Origin: a virus
Length of the DNA: 38,660 nt
Virus genome (UHGV): UHGV-0366580
Strand: one strand, 5' to 3'
How positions within the stretch are numbered: position 1 is the first letter of the stretch; each line of letters begins with the position of its first letter. The notes under the pieces were generated by a model. It was not told where the DNA came from. It ran no database searches and was given only the letters and a program-made list of their open reading frames with translations. This document shows positions 27,357 through 36,599 of the stretch, in pieces. A program made the translations under genes and the position numbers.

Positions 27357-28476
27357 AGTGGAGCTGTATCTTGGCAGCCAGATTTTTACCGGCTGGGTGA
27401 CGGTCAGTGTACGACGTTCTCTTGAACATCTTGCGGGATCATTCGAGCTGGGCCTTATGCTCCCCGGTGAACCGGTTCCGGCGATCATCTCGCCCGGTCA
27501 GTCAGTGACACTGAAAATTAACGGTCAGACAGTCATCAGCGGCTGGCTGGATCAGGTGAATCAGAGTATCAGCGCCACGCGTTATCAAATTACTATCAGT
27601 GGCCGCGATAAAACAGGTGATCTGGTTGACTGCTCTGCTGTTCACCAGGGAAGTCAGTGGCGGAACCGGACGCTGGCCCAGATAGCCGCTGATTTGTGTG
27701 CGCCGTTTGGTATCAGCGTTCGCTGGCAGGTTAATGATGTCACGGCAGAGAAACCGTTCGCATCTTTCACGCTTGAGAACTCAGAAACAGTGGCGGATGC
27801 ACTCACACGAGCCGCACGGCATCGTGGGGTTCTGGTAACCAGTAACGCTGTGGGTGAACTGGTTTTTACTCAGGCTGGAAGCAAGCAGACCGATACGCTT
27901 GTACTGGGTGAGAATTTGCTTGAGGCCATTTATAACGATGACCACCGTATGCGCTACAGCGAATACCGAATCAGAGGACACGGGCGCGGAGGCGGCAAAT
28001 CCGGTGACAGCGCAAAACCAGCCAGCCTGTCTGCACCGGTCGGGGTGGTGAATGACGAAGGTGTTACCCGTTACCGTCCGAAAATTGTTCTCGCCGATCA
28101 TCACATTGATACCAGCGGAGCCACACAGCGGGGATTACGGGAAATGCGCCGGGCAGTGGCCCGTTCCTCCCGCTTTACCGCCGTGGTGCGTACCTGGTTC
28201 CGCTCAGACGGCACGTTGTGGGATCTTAATCTGCTGACGCGCGTTACCGCTTCACGGTTTGGTATTGACCAGCGTGATCTGCTGATTTGCCAGGTTGAAT
28301 TCTCCCTGGACGCACAAAAAGGCGAAACCACGCGGCTGATTCTTGCCCCCCGTGATGGTTTTATTGTTCCTGCGGAGCCTGACAGTAAAGGTCGGGGCGG
28401 AAATGATGCCGGTGGCGTGGATGCCTTTATCCATCAGCAGATGAAAAAACAGGGGATCACCTTTAATGATAAATGA
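27346..28476 (+). CDS. Mu P-like tail/baseplate hub protein
   Basis: 376 aa; position and coupling. Confidence 0.7.
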   Translation: MNSKVELYLGSQIFTGWVTVSVRRSLEHLAGSFELGLMLPGEPVPAIISPGQSVTLKINGQTVISGWLDQVNQSISATRYQITISGRDKTGDLVDCSAVHQGSQWRNRTLAQIAADLCAPFGISVRWQVNDVTAEKPFASFTLENSETVADALTRAARHRGVLVTSNAVGELVFTQAGSKQTDTLVLGENLLEAIYNDDHRMRYSEYRIRGHGRGGGKSGDSAKPASLSAPVGVVNDEGVTRYRPKIVLADHHIDTSGATQRGLREMRRAVARSSRFTAVVRTWFRSDGTLWDLNLLTRVTASRFGIDQRDLLICQVEFSLDAQKGETTRLILAPRDGFIVPAEPDSKGRGGNDAGGVDAFIHQQMKKQGITFNDK

Positions 28477-29080
28477 AGAGGTTTTCAGCCGCCTTATAGC
28501 CCCCGTTATGCGTGGGGTGCGTCTTCTGATTGGACGGGGGGTTCTTACCGGTATCCGTGATGAGCTGAAAATGCAGAATGTACAGCTTACCGGAATGGAG
28601 GGGGAAACGTTTGATGATGTTGAACGGCCACAGCAGTACGGACAAATCAGCGTACCCTTACCGGGGGCGGAGCTATTCTTCGCCTGTCCTGGTGGTCAGC
28701 GTGATCAGGCCGTTGTTCTGGTGGTTGATGACCGGCGTTACCGCCCATCCGGGCTGACTTCCGGCGACAGTGGGCTTTATCACTACGAAGGGCACCGCAT
28801 TCGCCTGACAAAAGACGGACGCATCATCATCACCTGCCGGACGCTTGAGATTTTTGCTGATGAGCGCGTGAGCGTTGATACCCCTGAAACGGTCTTCACC
28901 GGCGATGTCATCGTGGAAAAAAATCTGCATGTGAAAGGCAATCTTGCGATCGATGGAACCGGTATGTCAAAAGGCACATTTACTATGTCTGAAGCCAAGA
29001 TTGCGGGGATCACCTATTCCGGACATGTGCACCATGACAACGGCAAAGGAAGTAAAACAGGAGGACCGGAAAATGGCTGA
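28466..29080 (+). CDS. Baseplate assembly protein (Mu gp45 / gpV-like spike)
   Basis: 204 aa; position in the baseplate cluster. Confidence 0.65.
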   Translation: MINEEVFSRLIAPVMRGVRLLIGRGVLTGIRDELKMQNVQLTGMEGETFDDVERPQQYGQISVPLPGAELFFACPGGQRDQAVVLVVDDRRYRPSGLTSGDSGLYHYEGHRIRLTKDGRIIITCRTLEIFADERVSVDTPETVFTGDVIVEKNLHVKGNLAIDGTGMSKGTFTMSEAKIAGITYSGHVHHDNGKGSKTGGPENG

Positions 29081-29510
29081 TATTGCCGTGATATGGAAAC
29101 AGGGGCATGGTGCACTGCAACTGAATGGCGCAGATCTTCTGACAGACAATACATTGCAGACGGCAGTGATTATCTCACTGTTTACTGATCGTCGAGCCCT
29201 GGCATCAGATGTCATACCAGATGGTACCCGCGATCGCCGTGGATGGTGGGGTGACAGCTTCCGGGAATACCCCATAGGCTCCCGTCTGTGGTTGCTGAGC
29301 CGGGAAAAAACGCTTACTTCGGTGGTAAGTCGTGCACAGGCGTATGCGGATGAGGCGCTGGCATGGCTTCGTCAGAGCGGCGTTGCATCGGATGTTGTGT
29401 GTCGTGCTGAACGAACGGCGCACGAGCAACTTTCATTATTTGTTGAAATCACGCTGCCGGACGGCAGTCGGGAACCCATGATTTTTTATGCTGATATTAA
29501 GGGGGAATGA
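29073..29510 (+). CDS. Mu gp46-like baseplate protein
   Basis: ATG 29073 (MADIAVIWKQ...) with AGGAGG RBS; ORF-track start 28944 rejected. Confidence 0.65.
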   Translation: MADIAVIWKQGHGALQLNGADLLTDNTLQTAVIISLFTDRRALASDVIPDGTRDRRGWWGDSFREYPIGSRLWLLSREKTLTSVVSRAQAYADEALAWLRQSGVASDVVCRAERTAHEQLSLFVEITLPDGSREPMIFYADIKGE

Positions 29511-30592
29511 TGCCTTATCAGCCCTTGCCACTGGCGCAACTGATCACCCAGACACAGCAGGATATCAGCCAGCGTCTTCCCGGTTCCCAGCCGGGTGTGA
29601 GTGAAACAACATTAAATGCCATTGCATATGCTCAGGCCGGGTTGTCTGCGCAGGAGCATGAGCACCTTGCCTGGATTGCCAGGCAGATTATTCCGACAGA
29701 AGCAGACGAGGCTGAACTGCTGAAACACTGTTCCTTCTGGGGTGTGATCCGTAAACCGGCATCACGTGGCGATGGTCCCGTCCAGTTGATGCTGACGACA
29801 GATGCCGGGGTGACCGAAGGGGTACAACTTCAGCGCAGTGATGGTGAGGTGTACCGCATCACCGGGTCTGTTACCGGAAAGGCCGGAACCCTGACCGTGC
29901 AGGTTGAAGCGGAAAATGCAGGTCGTTCCGGTAATGCCCCAGCAGGTACCCCCCTGACGTTCGTCACCCCGCAGGCGGGTATAAATCAGACAGCCACCAT
30001 TACCGGTACGGGGATCACCGGAGGTGCGGATGTTGAGTCAGTCCCGGAATTGCTGTCCCGCCTGGTGTTTCGTGTACAGAATCCACCATCCGGTGGTACG
30101 CAGTATGATTTTGAGCGCTGGGCGCGTGAAGTTCCGGGGGTAACCCGTGCATGGTGTAAACCGGAATGGCCTCAGGCTGGCAGCGTTGGAGTGACCTTTG
30201 TTCAGGATAACAACCCTGATATTTTCCCCGGCGAAGGTGACGTACAGCGCGTGGCGGAATATATCCGTAGCCATGATGATCCAGCAACGGGGCAACCCGT
30301 CGGACAGCCACTGGGACCAACGGTAAAGGTCTTTAAGTTAACGAATAAGCCCGTGGATTTTGAAATCCGCATAGTCCCGAAAACGCCGGAGAACCAGGCT
30401 GCTGTAAAGCAGGCGCTGACAGACCTGTTGTATAACGAATCAAGCCCGGGGGCCCTGGTTCTTCCGTCTTCATTCTGGCGAACCGTGGCAGGTGTGAAAA
30501 ATCTTGAGGATTTTGAAGTCCGCAGCCCCCTCAAATCGGTTATGGCTGGTGATGCTGAATTGCTGACGGTGGGAGAAATTACATGGCTCTGA
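29507..30592 (+). CDS. Baseplate J-like protein (Mu gp47-like)
   Basis: 361 aa; position between gp46-like and gp48-like genes. Confidence 0.7.
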   Translation: MMPYQPLPLAQLITQTQQDISQRLPGSQPGVSETTLNAIAYAQAGLSAQEHEHLAWIARQIIPTEADEAELLKHCSFWGVIRKPASRGDGPVQLMLTTDAGVTEGVQLQRSDGEVYRITGSVTGKAGTLTVQVEAENAGRSGNAPAGTPLTFVTPQAGINQTATITGTGITGGADVESVPELLSRLVFRVQNPPSGGTQYDFERWAREVPGVTRAWCKPEWPQAGSVGVTFVQDNNPDIFPGEGDVQRVAEYIRSHDDPATGQPVGQPLGPTVKVFKLTNKPVDFEIRIVPKTPENQAAVKQALTDLLYNESSPGALVLPSSFWRTVAGVKNLEDFEVRSPLKSVMAGDAELLTVGEITWL

Positions 30593-31140
30593 CGCTTGCA
30601 GCTCATCAGCGCGCATTGTTGCAGCTCCTACCCGATGGCCTGGCATGGGATAAACGTCCTGAATCCGTGTTGTCAGCCTTATGTCTTGGGCTAAGTCACG
30701 CCACCGAGCGTGTATCCTGGACGGCTAATCAGTTACTTTCGGAGCGCTTTCCGGAAACATCCCGGATGTTACTGGAGGACTGGGAGCGTTATCTGGGGTT
30801 GCCTGAATGTGATATGGCAGGAGCAACGTTGCAGGAGCGCCAGCGATACGCGGCGAATAAATACCGTATGAAGCCGTCACTGAACCGCGAGTTTTATATC
30901 CGGTTTGCGGCTGAATTTGGCTATGTGATTGATATTCAGCCATCACCGGAATCGCAGTGGATCAGTATTGTGACCGTAAAAAGCGAGGTTGGGTATCGTC
31001 ACATGCATGTGCTCGATCACATTCTGACGCCTCTGCGGATATATGAAGGTGGTGCGCTGGAATGCATTTTAAACCGGTATAAACCGGCCTGGCAGACGTT
31101 TTTATACATTTACGAAAAGTCGCATGAGGAGACGGAATAA
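30583..31140 (+). CDS. Mu gp48-like tail protein
   Basis: 185 aa directly upstream of the tail fibre gene. Confidence 0.65.
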   Translation: MALTLAAHQRALLQLLPDGLAWDKRPESVLSALCLGLSHATERVSWTANQLLSERFPETSRMLLEDWERYLGLPECDMAGATLQERQRYAANKYRMKPSLNREFYIRFAAEFGYVIDIQPSPESQWISIVTVKSEVGYRHMHVLDHILTPLRIYEGGALECILNRYKPAWQTFLYIYEKSHEETE

Positions 31141-32108
31141 TGTATTTCGTGGATAACAATACCGGTACGACAGAGATGCCAGCGCTGGCTCCATCGCAGG
31201 GTACTGAAGTTAAGTGGTTTACGGAAGGCGACGGTAATAAAGGTATCAGCCATATCGGGCAGGACTGGCTTAATATCATTCAGGCAGAATTGCTTGCGAT
31301 TTTGACTGAAGGAAAAATTCAACCAGATAAAATGAAGCTGAATCAGCTTACACTGGCAATCAAGGCCATTATTACGGCCAATGCTTTTTTACGTAAAAAC
31401 AACCTGAAAGAAATCGAGGATGCGGGAGCTGGTGCTCAGGCGAATGCCAGAAAAGCTCTTGGGCTGGGGACTCTGGCGACAAAAGATAAGCTTTCACCAA
31501 CAGATGTTGGTGCGCTTGAAAAAAGCAAAAATTTGTCTGACGTACCCGATAAAGTTGCGGCCCGTACCAACCTTGGGGTTTACAGTAAAGAAGAAGGTGA
31601 TCGGCGTTATCTGAAAAGCGGCGCAGATATTGGTTCATATAGTCGCGAACAAAGTGATGGGTCATATCTTAAGGTTGCGTCAAATGGTTCTGACATTGCA
31701 AACAGAAGTGCCTTTATCGATAACCTCGGTTTACGGGAAACGGTAAACAGGGCGGCGAATGCCCTGCCATCGAACGGAACGGCCGTTGCCGCGAACAGGC
31801 TGGCAAATGCCCACACAATTAATGGTGTTCCCTTTGACGGAACGCAGGATATCAACATTACCTCCGGTATGACCGAAGCTGCTGCTGATAACAAATACGT
31901 TCGCAACGTTCAGCTTGGTGCCCAGAGTTACCATTCACCCGGAGGTAATGAAATGTCCTGGAGTTATGGCGCGCCTTCCGGTTGTATGCTTTCAGGTATT
32001 AACGTGCAGGAGACCGGGAGAAATTCAGCCGATAATATCGGAGGCGTTTATTACCGTCCGGTGCAGATATATATCGGTAATGCCTGGCGCACAGTTTCAT
32101 CCGTCTGA
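31140..32108 (+). CDS. Tail fibre protein S; the 3' ~380 bp (variable part Sv) lies inside the invertible segment
   Basis: 322 aa; the gix-L site falls inside the coding sequence, so the C-terminus is exchangeable. Confidence 0.8.
   Translation: MYFVDNNTGTTEMPALAPSQGTEVKWFTEGDGNKGISHIGQDWLNIIQAELLAILTEGKIQPDKMKLNQLTLAIKAIITANAFLRKNNLKEIEDAGAGAQANARKALGLGTLATKDKLSPTDVGALEKSKNLSDVPDKVAARTNLGVYSKEEGDRRYLKSGADIGSYSREQSDGSYLKVASNGSDIANRSAFIDNLGLRETVNRAANALPSNGTAVAANRLANAHTINGVPFDGTQDINITSGMTEAAADNKYVRNVQLGAQSYHSPGGNEMSWSYGAPSGCMLSGINVQETGRNSADNIGGVYYRPVQIYIGNAWRTVSSV
31714..31739 (+). other. gix-L-like recombination site for Gin (half-sites TTATCGATAACC / GGTTTACGGGAA, core TC)
   Basis: Closely resembles the Mu gixL sequence as recalled from memory; inner 20 bp is a perfect inverted repeat of 33141-33160. 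Confidence 0.75.
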
Positions 32109-32116
32109 TTAAAGGA

Positions 32117-32139
32117 AAAGGGTGCGATAAGCACCCTTT
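32117..32139. terminator. Hairpin between convergent Sv and tail-fibre assembly genes (possible bidirectional terminator)
   Basis: 9-bp perfect stem AAAGGGTGC/GCACCCTTT with GATAA loop, just after the S stop. Confidence 0.4.
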
Positions 32140-32142
32140 ACG

Positions 32143-32685
32143 TTATTCAGGCTTCTCCGGCCATTTAATGTCGTCAAATTCAGCTTTGTTTTTAATCGCT
32201 GGTAGTTCCATTTTTTTCACCTGACTGATGTATGCCATCCATCGGGTAAGTGCGGCTCTGTCTTCATCACTGATGGTGCCCAGCTGTAATTCTGTTCTCC
32301 AGTCATTAATTTTTTCATATGCCTGATTAAGATATGACTGGCGCATTGCTTCCAGTTTTCTTGCGTAGTTAACCGGAATACGGGAGATCACGCCATTATC
32401 AAACTTCCAGTTACCCGAAATATCAGCACCTTCAGGGAGTTCGTCGACTTCAACCACAGAGAACCCCGCAGGATACAGCGCCGAAGCGTCCTGTGATATT
32501 GAGCAGATAATGCCGCTGTCAGGTGTTATACAAAGTTTATATTTTTTTGTGAATAATGGCAGGGACTCGTAGAAATCCTTACCATCTTCACTCTGAAAAT
32601 ACTGTACATCATTACCATAGAGGGTGTTTTCCGGGTAATATCGTTTAACATTAATCAGTTGCATAAACATCACCATGTGAATCAA
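32143..32685 (-). CDS. Tail fibre assembly protein (U'-like), currently antisense to the tail operon
   Basis: 180-aa minus-strand ORF inside the invertible segment, downstream of Sv' on that strand. Confidence 0.7.
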   Translation of the reverse strand: MIHMVMFMQLINVKRYYPENTLYGNDVQYFQSEDGKDFYESLPLFTKKYKLCITPDSGIICSISQDASALYPAGFSVVEVDELPEGADISGNWKFDNGVISRIPVNYARKLEAMRQSYLNQAYEKINDWRTELQLGTISDEDRAALTRWMAYISQVKKMELPAIKNKAEFDDIKWPEKPE

Positions 32686-32784
32686 TGATAAAAACAGGAA
32701 TAATACTATCGCTATATACGGACAGGGGTTGTCTGAGATAACGCATATATCAGGCGCTGCCTGCCGTACGCCATGAGCCGTTAA

Positions 32785-33160
32785 TTAAATACTTGCAGCG
32801 GATACCCAATTCCCATTAATACAATATTGTATCTGTCTGTAATAAACACGGTCATCACCACCACGCATTTCCCAGTCTCCGTCAGTCTTAAAACCGGTAA
32901 TCACATTTCCTGATGACAGGGAGTAATTATATTCCAGTACGCCGCTTAATGCCTGCGCTCCCAGTCTTACCCCTGTAACATAACGCTGATTGGCCGTTGA
33001 TTCCGGCATTCCTGACGTAATGTTTATATCCCGCGTCCCGTCGAAAGGAACACCATTAATATTTCTTGGGGTGGCGAGTCTGTTTGCTGCCACGGCGGTT
33101 CCCCCCGATGGCAGGGCATCAGCGGCCTTATTTACCGTTTCCCGTAAACCGAGGTTTCAG
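32785..33160 (-). CDS. Alternative tail-fibre C-terminal module Sv' (no start of its own; expressed only after inversion)
   Basis: Minus-strand frame open from the gix-R core; encodes ...NRLATPRNINGVPFDGTRDINITSGMPES..., a paralogue of the S C-terminus. Confidence 0.7.
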
Positions 33161-33174
33161 GGATGCCGTATATC
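33149..33174 (+). other. gix-R-like recombination site (TTCCCGTAAACC / GGTTTCAGGGAT, core GA)
   Basis: Inverted copy of gix-L with matching core dinucleotide (TC/GA), 45 bp upstream of gin. Confidence 0.7.
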
Positions 33175-33218
33175 TGCTTTAAAAAGCATTTCCACCTCTT
33201 TTTAAGGAAGGTAAATAC

Positions 33219-33779
33219 ATGCTGATTGGCTATATACGCGTATCAACAAATGACCAGAACACAGGTTTACAAAGAAATGCGCTGGAATGTGCAGGATGTG
33301 AGCAGATTTTTGAAGACAAAATGAGTGGTAAAACGACGCAGCGGCCGGGACTGAAGCGGGCACTGAAGAAACTAAAACCCGGCGACACACTGATGGTCTG
33401 GAAACTGGACAGGCTGGGGCGCAGTATGCGCCACCTTGTTGCGCTGACAGATGAATTACAGCAACAGGGGATAAATTTTCGTAGTCTTACTGACAACATT
33501 GATACGTCAACCCCCATGGGGCGCTTCTTTTTTCACATAATGGGTGCGCTGGCAGAAATGGAGCGTGAATTGATTGTCGAACGGACACGGGCTGGTCTTG
33601 CTGCTGCCCGTGAAAGGGGACGAACCGGCGGCAGACCCCGTCGTCTCACGCAGGAACAATACGAGCAGGTCGGGCGTTTACTGGCCGGGGGTGTCAGCCG
33701 AAGACAGGTGGCACTTATTTTTGATATCGGCCTTTCAACCCTTTATCGTTATTATCCTGCGAGCGTTTCGGAAAAATAA
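33219..33779 (+). CDS. gin: Gin DNA invertase (serine recombinase, Hin/Gin/Pin/Cin family)
   Basis: 186 aa; MLIGYIRVSTNDQ catalytic-serine motif and C-terminal HTH; closely resembles Mu Gin as recalled from memory. Confidence 0.92.
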   Translation: MLIGYIRVSTNDQNTGLQRNALECAGCEQIFEDKMSGKTTQRPGLKRALKKLKPGDTLMVWKLDRLGRSMRHLVALTDELQQQGINFRSLTDNIDTSTPMGRFFFHIMGALAEMERELIVERTRAGLAAARERGRTGGRPRRLTQEQYEQVGRLLAGGVSRRQVALIFDIGLSTLYRYYPASVSEK

Positions 33780-33878
33780 GACGCTCTCTTTGTTGGGCCT
33801 TTACTGAATTAACGCAAAATGGCGTTTATCGGTCTGTGGATATGATAATTCTGTTTATTCAGGAACAGGCTGATTATT

Positions 33879-35918
33879 ATGACGTCCAAATGGGTTCAAC
33901 TATCATCAATGCCCGGAAACTTTACTGTTAAAGTTTCCGGTGGTACAGCGGCATTTCTTGAGGCTCCCTTTCCTCCGGCCGAAACAAAAGGAGGAATGAC
34001 ATTTGCTGACTGTCTCATCAGTTTTAATACACGGGATTGCCTGTGGGTAAGGCCAGTATCCGGTGATCCGAGCGTGGAAATTACCGGTGCGGGTATTGGT
34101 GCTGTCATTCCGTTAAGTGCTGATGTTGCCGGTACTGCTGAACCGTCAGACTGGGATAATGCTGAAACACATACCCGTCCGTCAGGAAATGAAACTGCTT
34201 CCAGCTCCCCTTCCTGGTATTACGTGGTGGTTCTTGCTGGTCAGTCAAACGGGATGGCCTACGGTGAAGGTCTGCCGCTGCCGGAGACATATGACCGCCC
34301 CGAACCGCGTATTATGCAGTTAGCCCGTCGCAGTACAGTCACGCCGGGAGGTAAAGCCTGTCAGTATAACGACATCATTCTGGCCGACCACTGTCTGCAT
34401 GATGTGCAGGATATGAGTGGAAAAAATCACCCGAAAGCGGATGTGGCTAAAGGGCAATATGGCACCGTGGGTCAGGGGCTTCACATTGCCAAAAAACTGC
34501 TGCCGTTTATTCCGGCAGATGCGGGGATTCTGCTGGTTCCCTGCTGCCGTGGTGGTTCTGCATTCACGGCGGGTGCTGACGGCACGTACAGTGACAGCAC
34601 GGGTGCTTCAGAGGACTCAGCCCGCTGGGGTGTGGATAAGCCGCTGTATAAGGACTTAATCAGCCGGACAAAAGCGGCACTGGCGAAGAACCCGAAAAAC
34701 CGCCTGCTTGCTGTGGTGTGGATGCAGGGCGAGTTTGATATTGATGCGAAGCCGACGGAGCATTCCGCGCTGTTTCTGGCGATGGTGGAAAAATTCCGCG
34801 CAGACCTGGCTGAACAGGCGGAACAGTGTACCGGTGGCAGTGCTGCTGGCGTTCCGTGGATTTGTGGCGATACCACGTATTTCTGGAAACAGAAAAACGA
34901 ACAGGCATACCAGGCAATCTATGACGGCTACAAAAATAAAACAGATAAAAACATTCATTTCGTCCCATTAATGACAGATGAAAATGGCGCGAATGTACCC
35001 ACCAACAATCCGACAGAAGACCCGGATATTGAATCCATTGGTTATTACGGCTCAACGTGGCGTAACAGTGCCGCCACCTGGACATCTGCGGGCCGGGCCA
35101 GCCATTTCAGTTCATGGGCACGTCGTGGGATTATTTCCGACCGTCTGGCCACGGCTGTTCTGACTCATGCAGGGCGAACCACAGTAAAAGCCGATGTTCC
35201 ATCTTCTGAAACTGAAGCACCAGTGCCGTCACCTTCAGAAACTGAAGCAGTAACCACAACACTGCTGTCTTACCGTGTCAGTGAGTCAGAAGGAAATCTG
35301 AAAGCCCAGGGCTGGGAGCCGGCTGGCGGTAAAGCTGAAATTATCAGTGATGCAGGAGGCACAGGTGGTAAGGCAATGAAACTGACCAAGGAAACAGGTA
35401 AATCATCCTGGTATCTGGATCATGATGCCGGTACTGGTGCTGAACTGCTGAAAAATGGTGGTTTAATCAGTTGTCGTTTTAAAGTACCTGGCGACCTGGT
35501 GGCAAACCAGTATGTCATGGCGCTTTACTGGCCGGTTTCCTCTCTGCCGCAGGGTGTCACCCTGACAGGGGATGCAGGGAATAATCTGCTGGCATCGTTC
35601 TACATCCAGACAGACGCAAAAGACCTGAATGTGATGCACCACAATGCAAAAGTGGCAACAAATAACCAGAAACTGGGAACCTTTGGTGTATTTGATAATG
35701 AATGGCATACGCTGGCCTTCCGTTTTGCAGGAAATAACAGCCTTCAGGTTATTCCGGTTATTGATGGTCAGGATGGTGCCGCGTTTACCCTGACGCAGTC
35801 ACCAGTAGGAACTTTCCCGGTGGACAAACTCCGCGTAACGGATATCACCAAAAATGCAACTTACCCGGTGCTGATTGACAGCATTGTGGTGGAAGTGAAA
35901 AAAGCGGTAACAGAATAA
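33879..35918 (+). CDS. Putative sialate O-acetylesterase-like protein (SGNH/SASA esterase with lectin-like C-terminal domain; NanS-p-like)
   Basis: 679 aa; GQSN motif (VVVLAGQSNGMAYGEG); Ser/Thr/Glu/Pro linker; beta-rich C-terminal ~200 aa. Lies between gin and com. Confidence 0.6.
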   Translation: MTSKWVQLSSMPGNFTVKVSGGTAAFLEAPFPPAETKGGMTFADCLISFNTRDCLWVRPVSGDPSVEITGAGIGAVIPLSADVAGTAEPSDWDNAETHTRPSGNETASSSPSWYYVVVLAGQSNGMAYGEGLPLPETYDRPEPRIMQLARRSTVTPGGKACQYNDIILADHCLHDVQDMSGKNHPKADVAKGQYGTVGQGLHIAKKLLPFIPADAGILLVPCCRGGSAFTAGADGTYSDSTGASEDSARWGVDKPLYKDLISRTKAALAKNPKNRLLAVVWMQGEFDIDAKPTEHSALFLAMVEKFRADLAEQAEQCTGGSAAGVPWICGDTTYFWKQKNEQAYQAIYDGYKNKTDKNIHFVPLMTDENGANVPTNNPTEDPDIESIGYYGSTWRNSAATWTSAGRASHFSSWARRGIISDRLATAVLTHAGRTTVKADVPSSETEAPVPSPSETEAVTTTLLSYRVSESEGNLKAQGWEPAGGKAEIISDAGGTGGKAMKLTKETGKSSWYLDHDAGTGAELLKNGGLISCRFKVPGDLVANQYVMALYWPVSSLPQGVTLTGDAGNNLLASFYIQTDAKDLNVMHHNAKVATNNQKLGTFGVFDNEWHTLAFRFAGNNSLQVIPVIDGQDGAAFTLTQSPVGTFPVDKLRVTDITKNATYPVLIDSIVVEVKKAVTE

Positions 35919-35953
35919 AAAAAATCCCGCCGGTCATGATATGGCTGGCGGGA
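35916..35953. terminator. Hairpin with upstream A8 tract (on the minus strand: hairpin followed by T8)
   Basis: TCCCGCCGG...CTGGCGGGA 9-bp stem immediately after the esterase stop. Confidence 0.45.
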
Positions 35954-36067
35954 GCTACCTAACCCATAAAGGAAAATAAAAATACTCCCGAAGGAGTAGT
36001 TACCAGTCACTTCGTCATGTTTTTACCCGATAACGAATTATGTAGTCAATATCAAAGGTAAGGTTAT

Positions 36068-36250
36068 ATGACATTCGTTCATACAATGCTGCTTTATTTC
36101 TGCGCTGTGGTCAGTGCGTTATATCTGGTGAGCGGCGGTTATAAGGTCATCAGAAATTATATTCGCCGCAAAATTGATGACGCAGCAGCCGAAAAGCTCA
36201 GTAAAACAGCACAGGCACCATCATCCCCAAACGACCCGACCCCGCTCTGA
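36068..36250 (+). CDS. Small membrane protein (one TM segment)
   Basis: 60 aa; hydrophobic LLYFCAVVSALYLVSGGY; AAGGTAAGG RBS. Confidence 0.45.
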   Translation: MTFVHTMLLYFCAVVSALYLVSGGYKVIRNYIRRKIDDAAAEKLSKTAQAPSSPNDPTPL

Positions 36251-36285
36251 TAACGGGGCAATATACCTGCAAAAGGAGAATATTC

Positions 36286-36531
36286 ATGCCAGAGATTAAA
36301 GGCACGGTTACTGAAGAGCTTGTCAAACAGGCACTTTATTCTGAAGAAGTGAACCGCGTGCTGAAGGCGCAGGTTCGCAAGGATTTTGAGGCACAAATCG
36401 ACGCATATGTTGATGAAGTGCTGGCCCGAATGGTTGGCCGTTCTCCGGCTGAAAACAGCACGGAAAATGCTCCTCAACCCGTAGAGCAACCAGAGCCGGT
36501 TCAGCCCGGAACTGACGGTACTATGATGTAA
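36286..36531 (+). CDS. Hypothetical small protein
   Basis: 81 aa; strong RBS AAAGGAGA 7 nt upstream; followed by a terminator hairpin. Confidence 0.5.
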   Translation: MPEIKGTVTEELVKQALYSEEVNRVLKAQVRKDFEAQIDAYVDEVLARMVGRSPAENSTENAPQPVEQPEPVQPGTDGTMM

Positions 36532-36540
36532 CAATACCGA

Positions 36541-36572
36541 CCGGCAGGTTTCCCTGCCGGGTGAATTTGTTA
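36541..36572 (+). terminator. Candidate intrinsic terminator (CCGGCAGG/CCTGCCGG stem, TTTC loop)
   Basis: 8-bp perfect stem followed by GTGAATTTGTT. Confidence 0.5.
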
Positions 36573-36599
36573 ATGCACGTTTTGTGTATTTTCCCTCTG

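Larger units (their letters stand above)
31728..33160. other. Gin-invertible G-like segment carrying Sv (+), a tail-fibre assembly gene (-) and Sv' (-)
   Basis: Bounded by inverted gix-like sites; inversion would fuse the constant S part in frame to the minus-strand variable module. Confidence 0.75.

Noticed and set aside
28944-29072. ORF-track start of the gp46-like gene at 28944
   Set aside because: Extension overlaps the gp45-like gene; ATG 29073 has an AGGAGG RBS.
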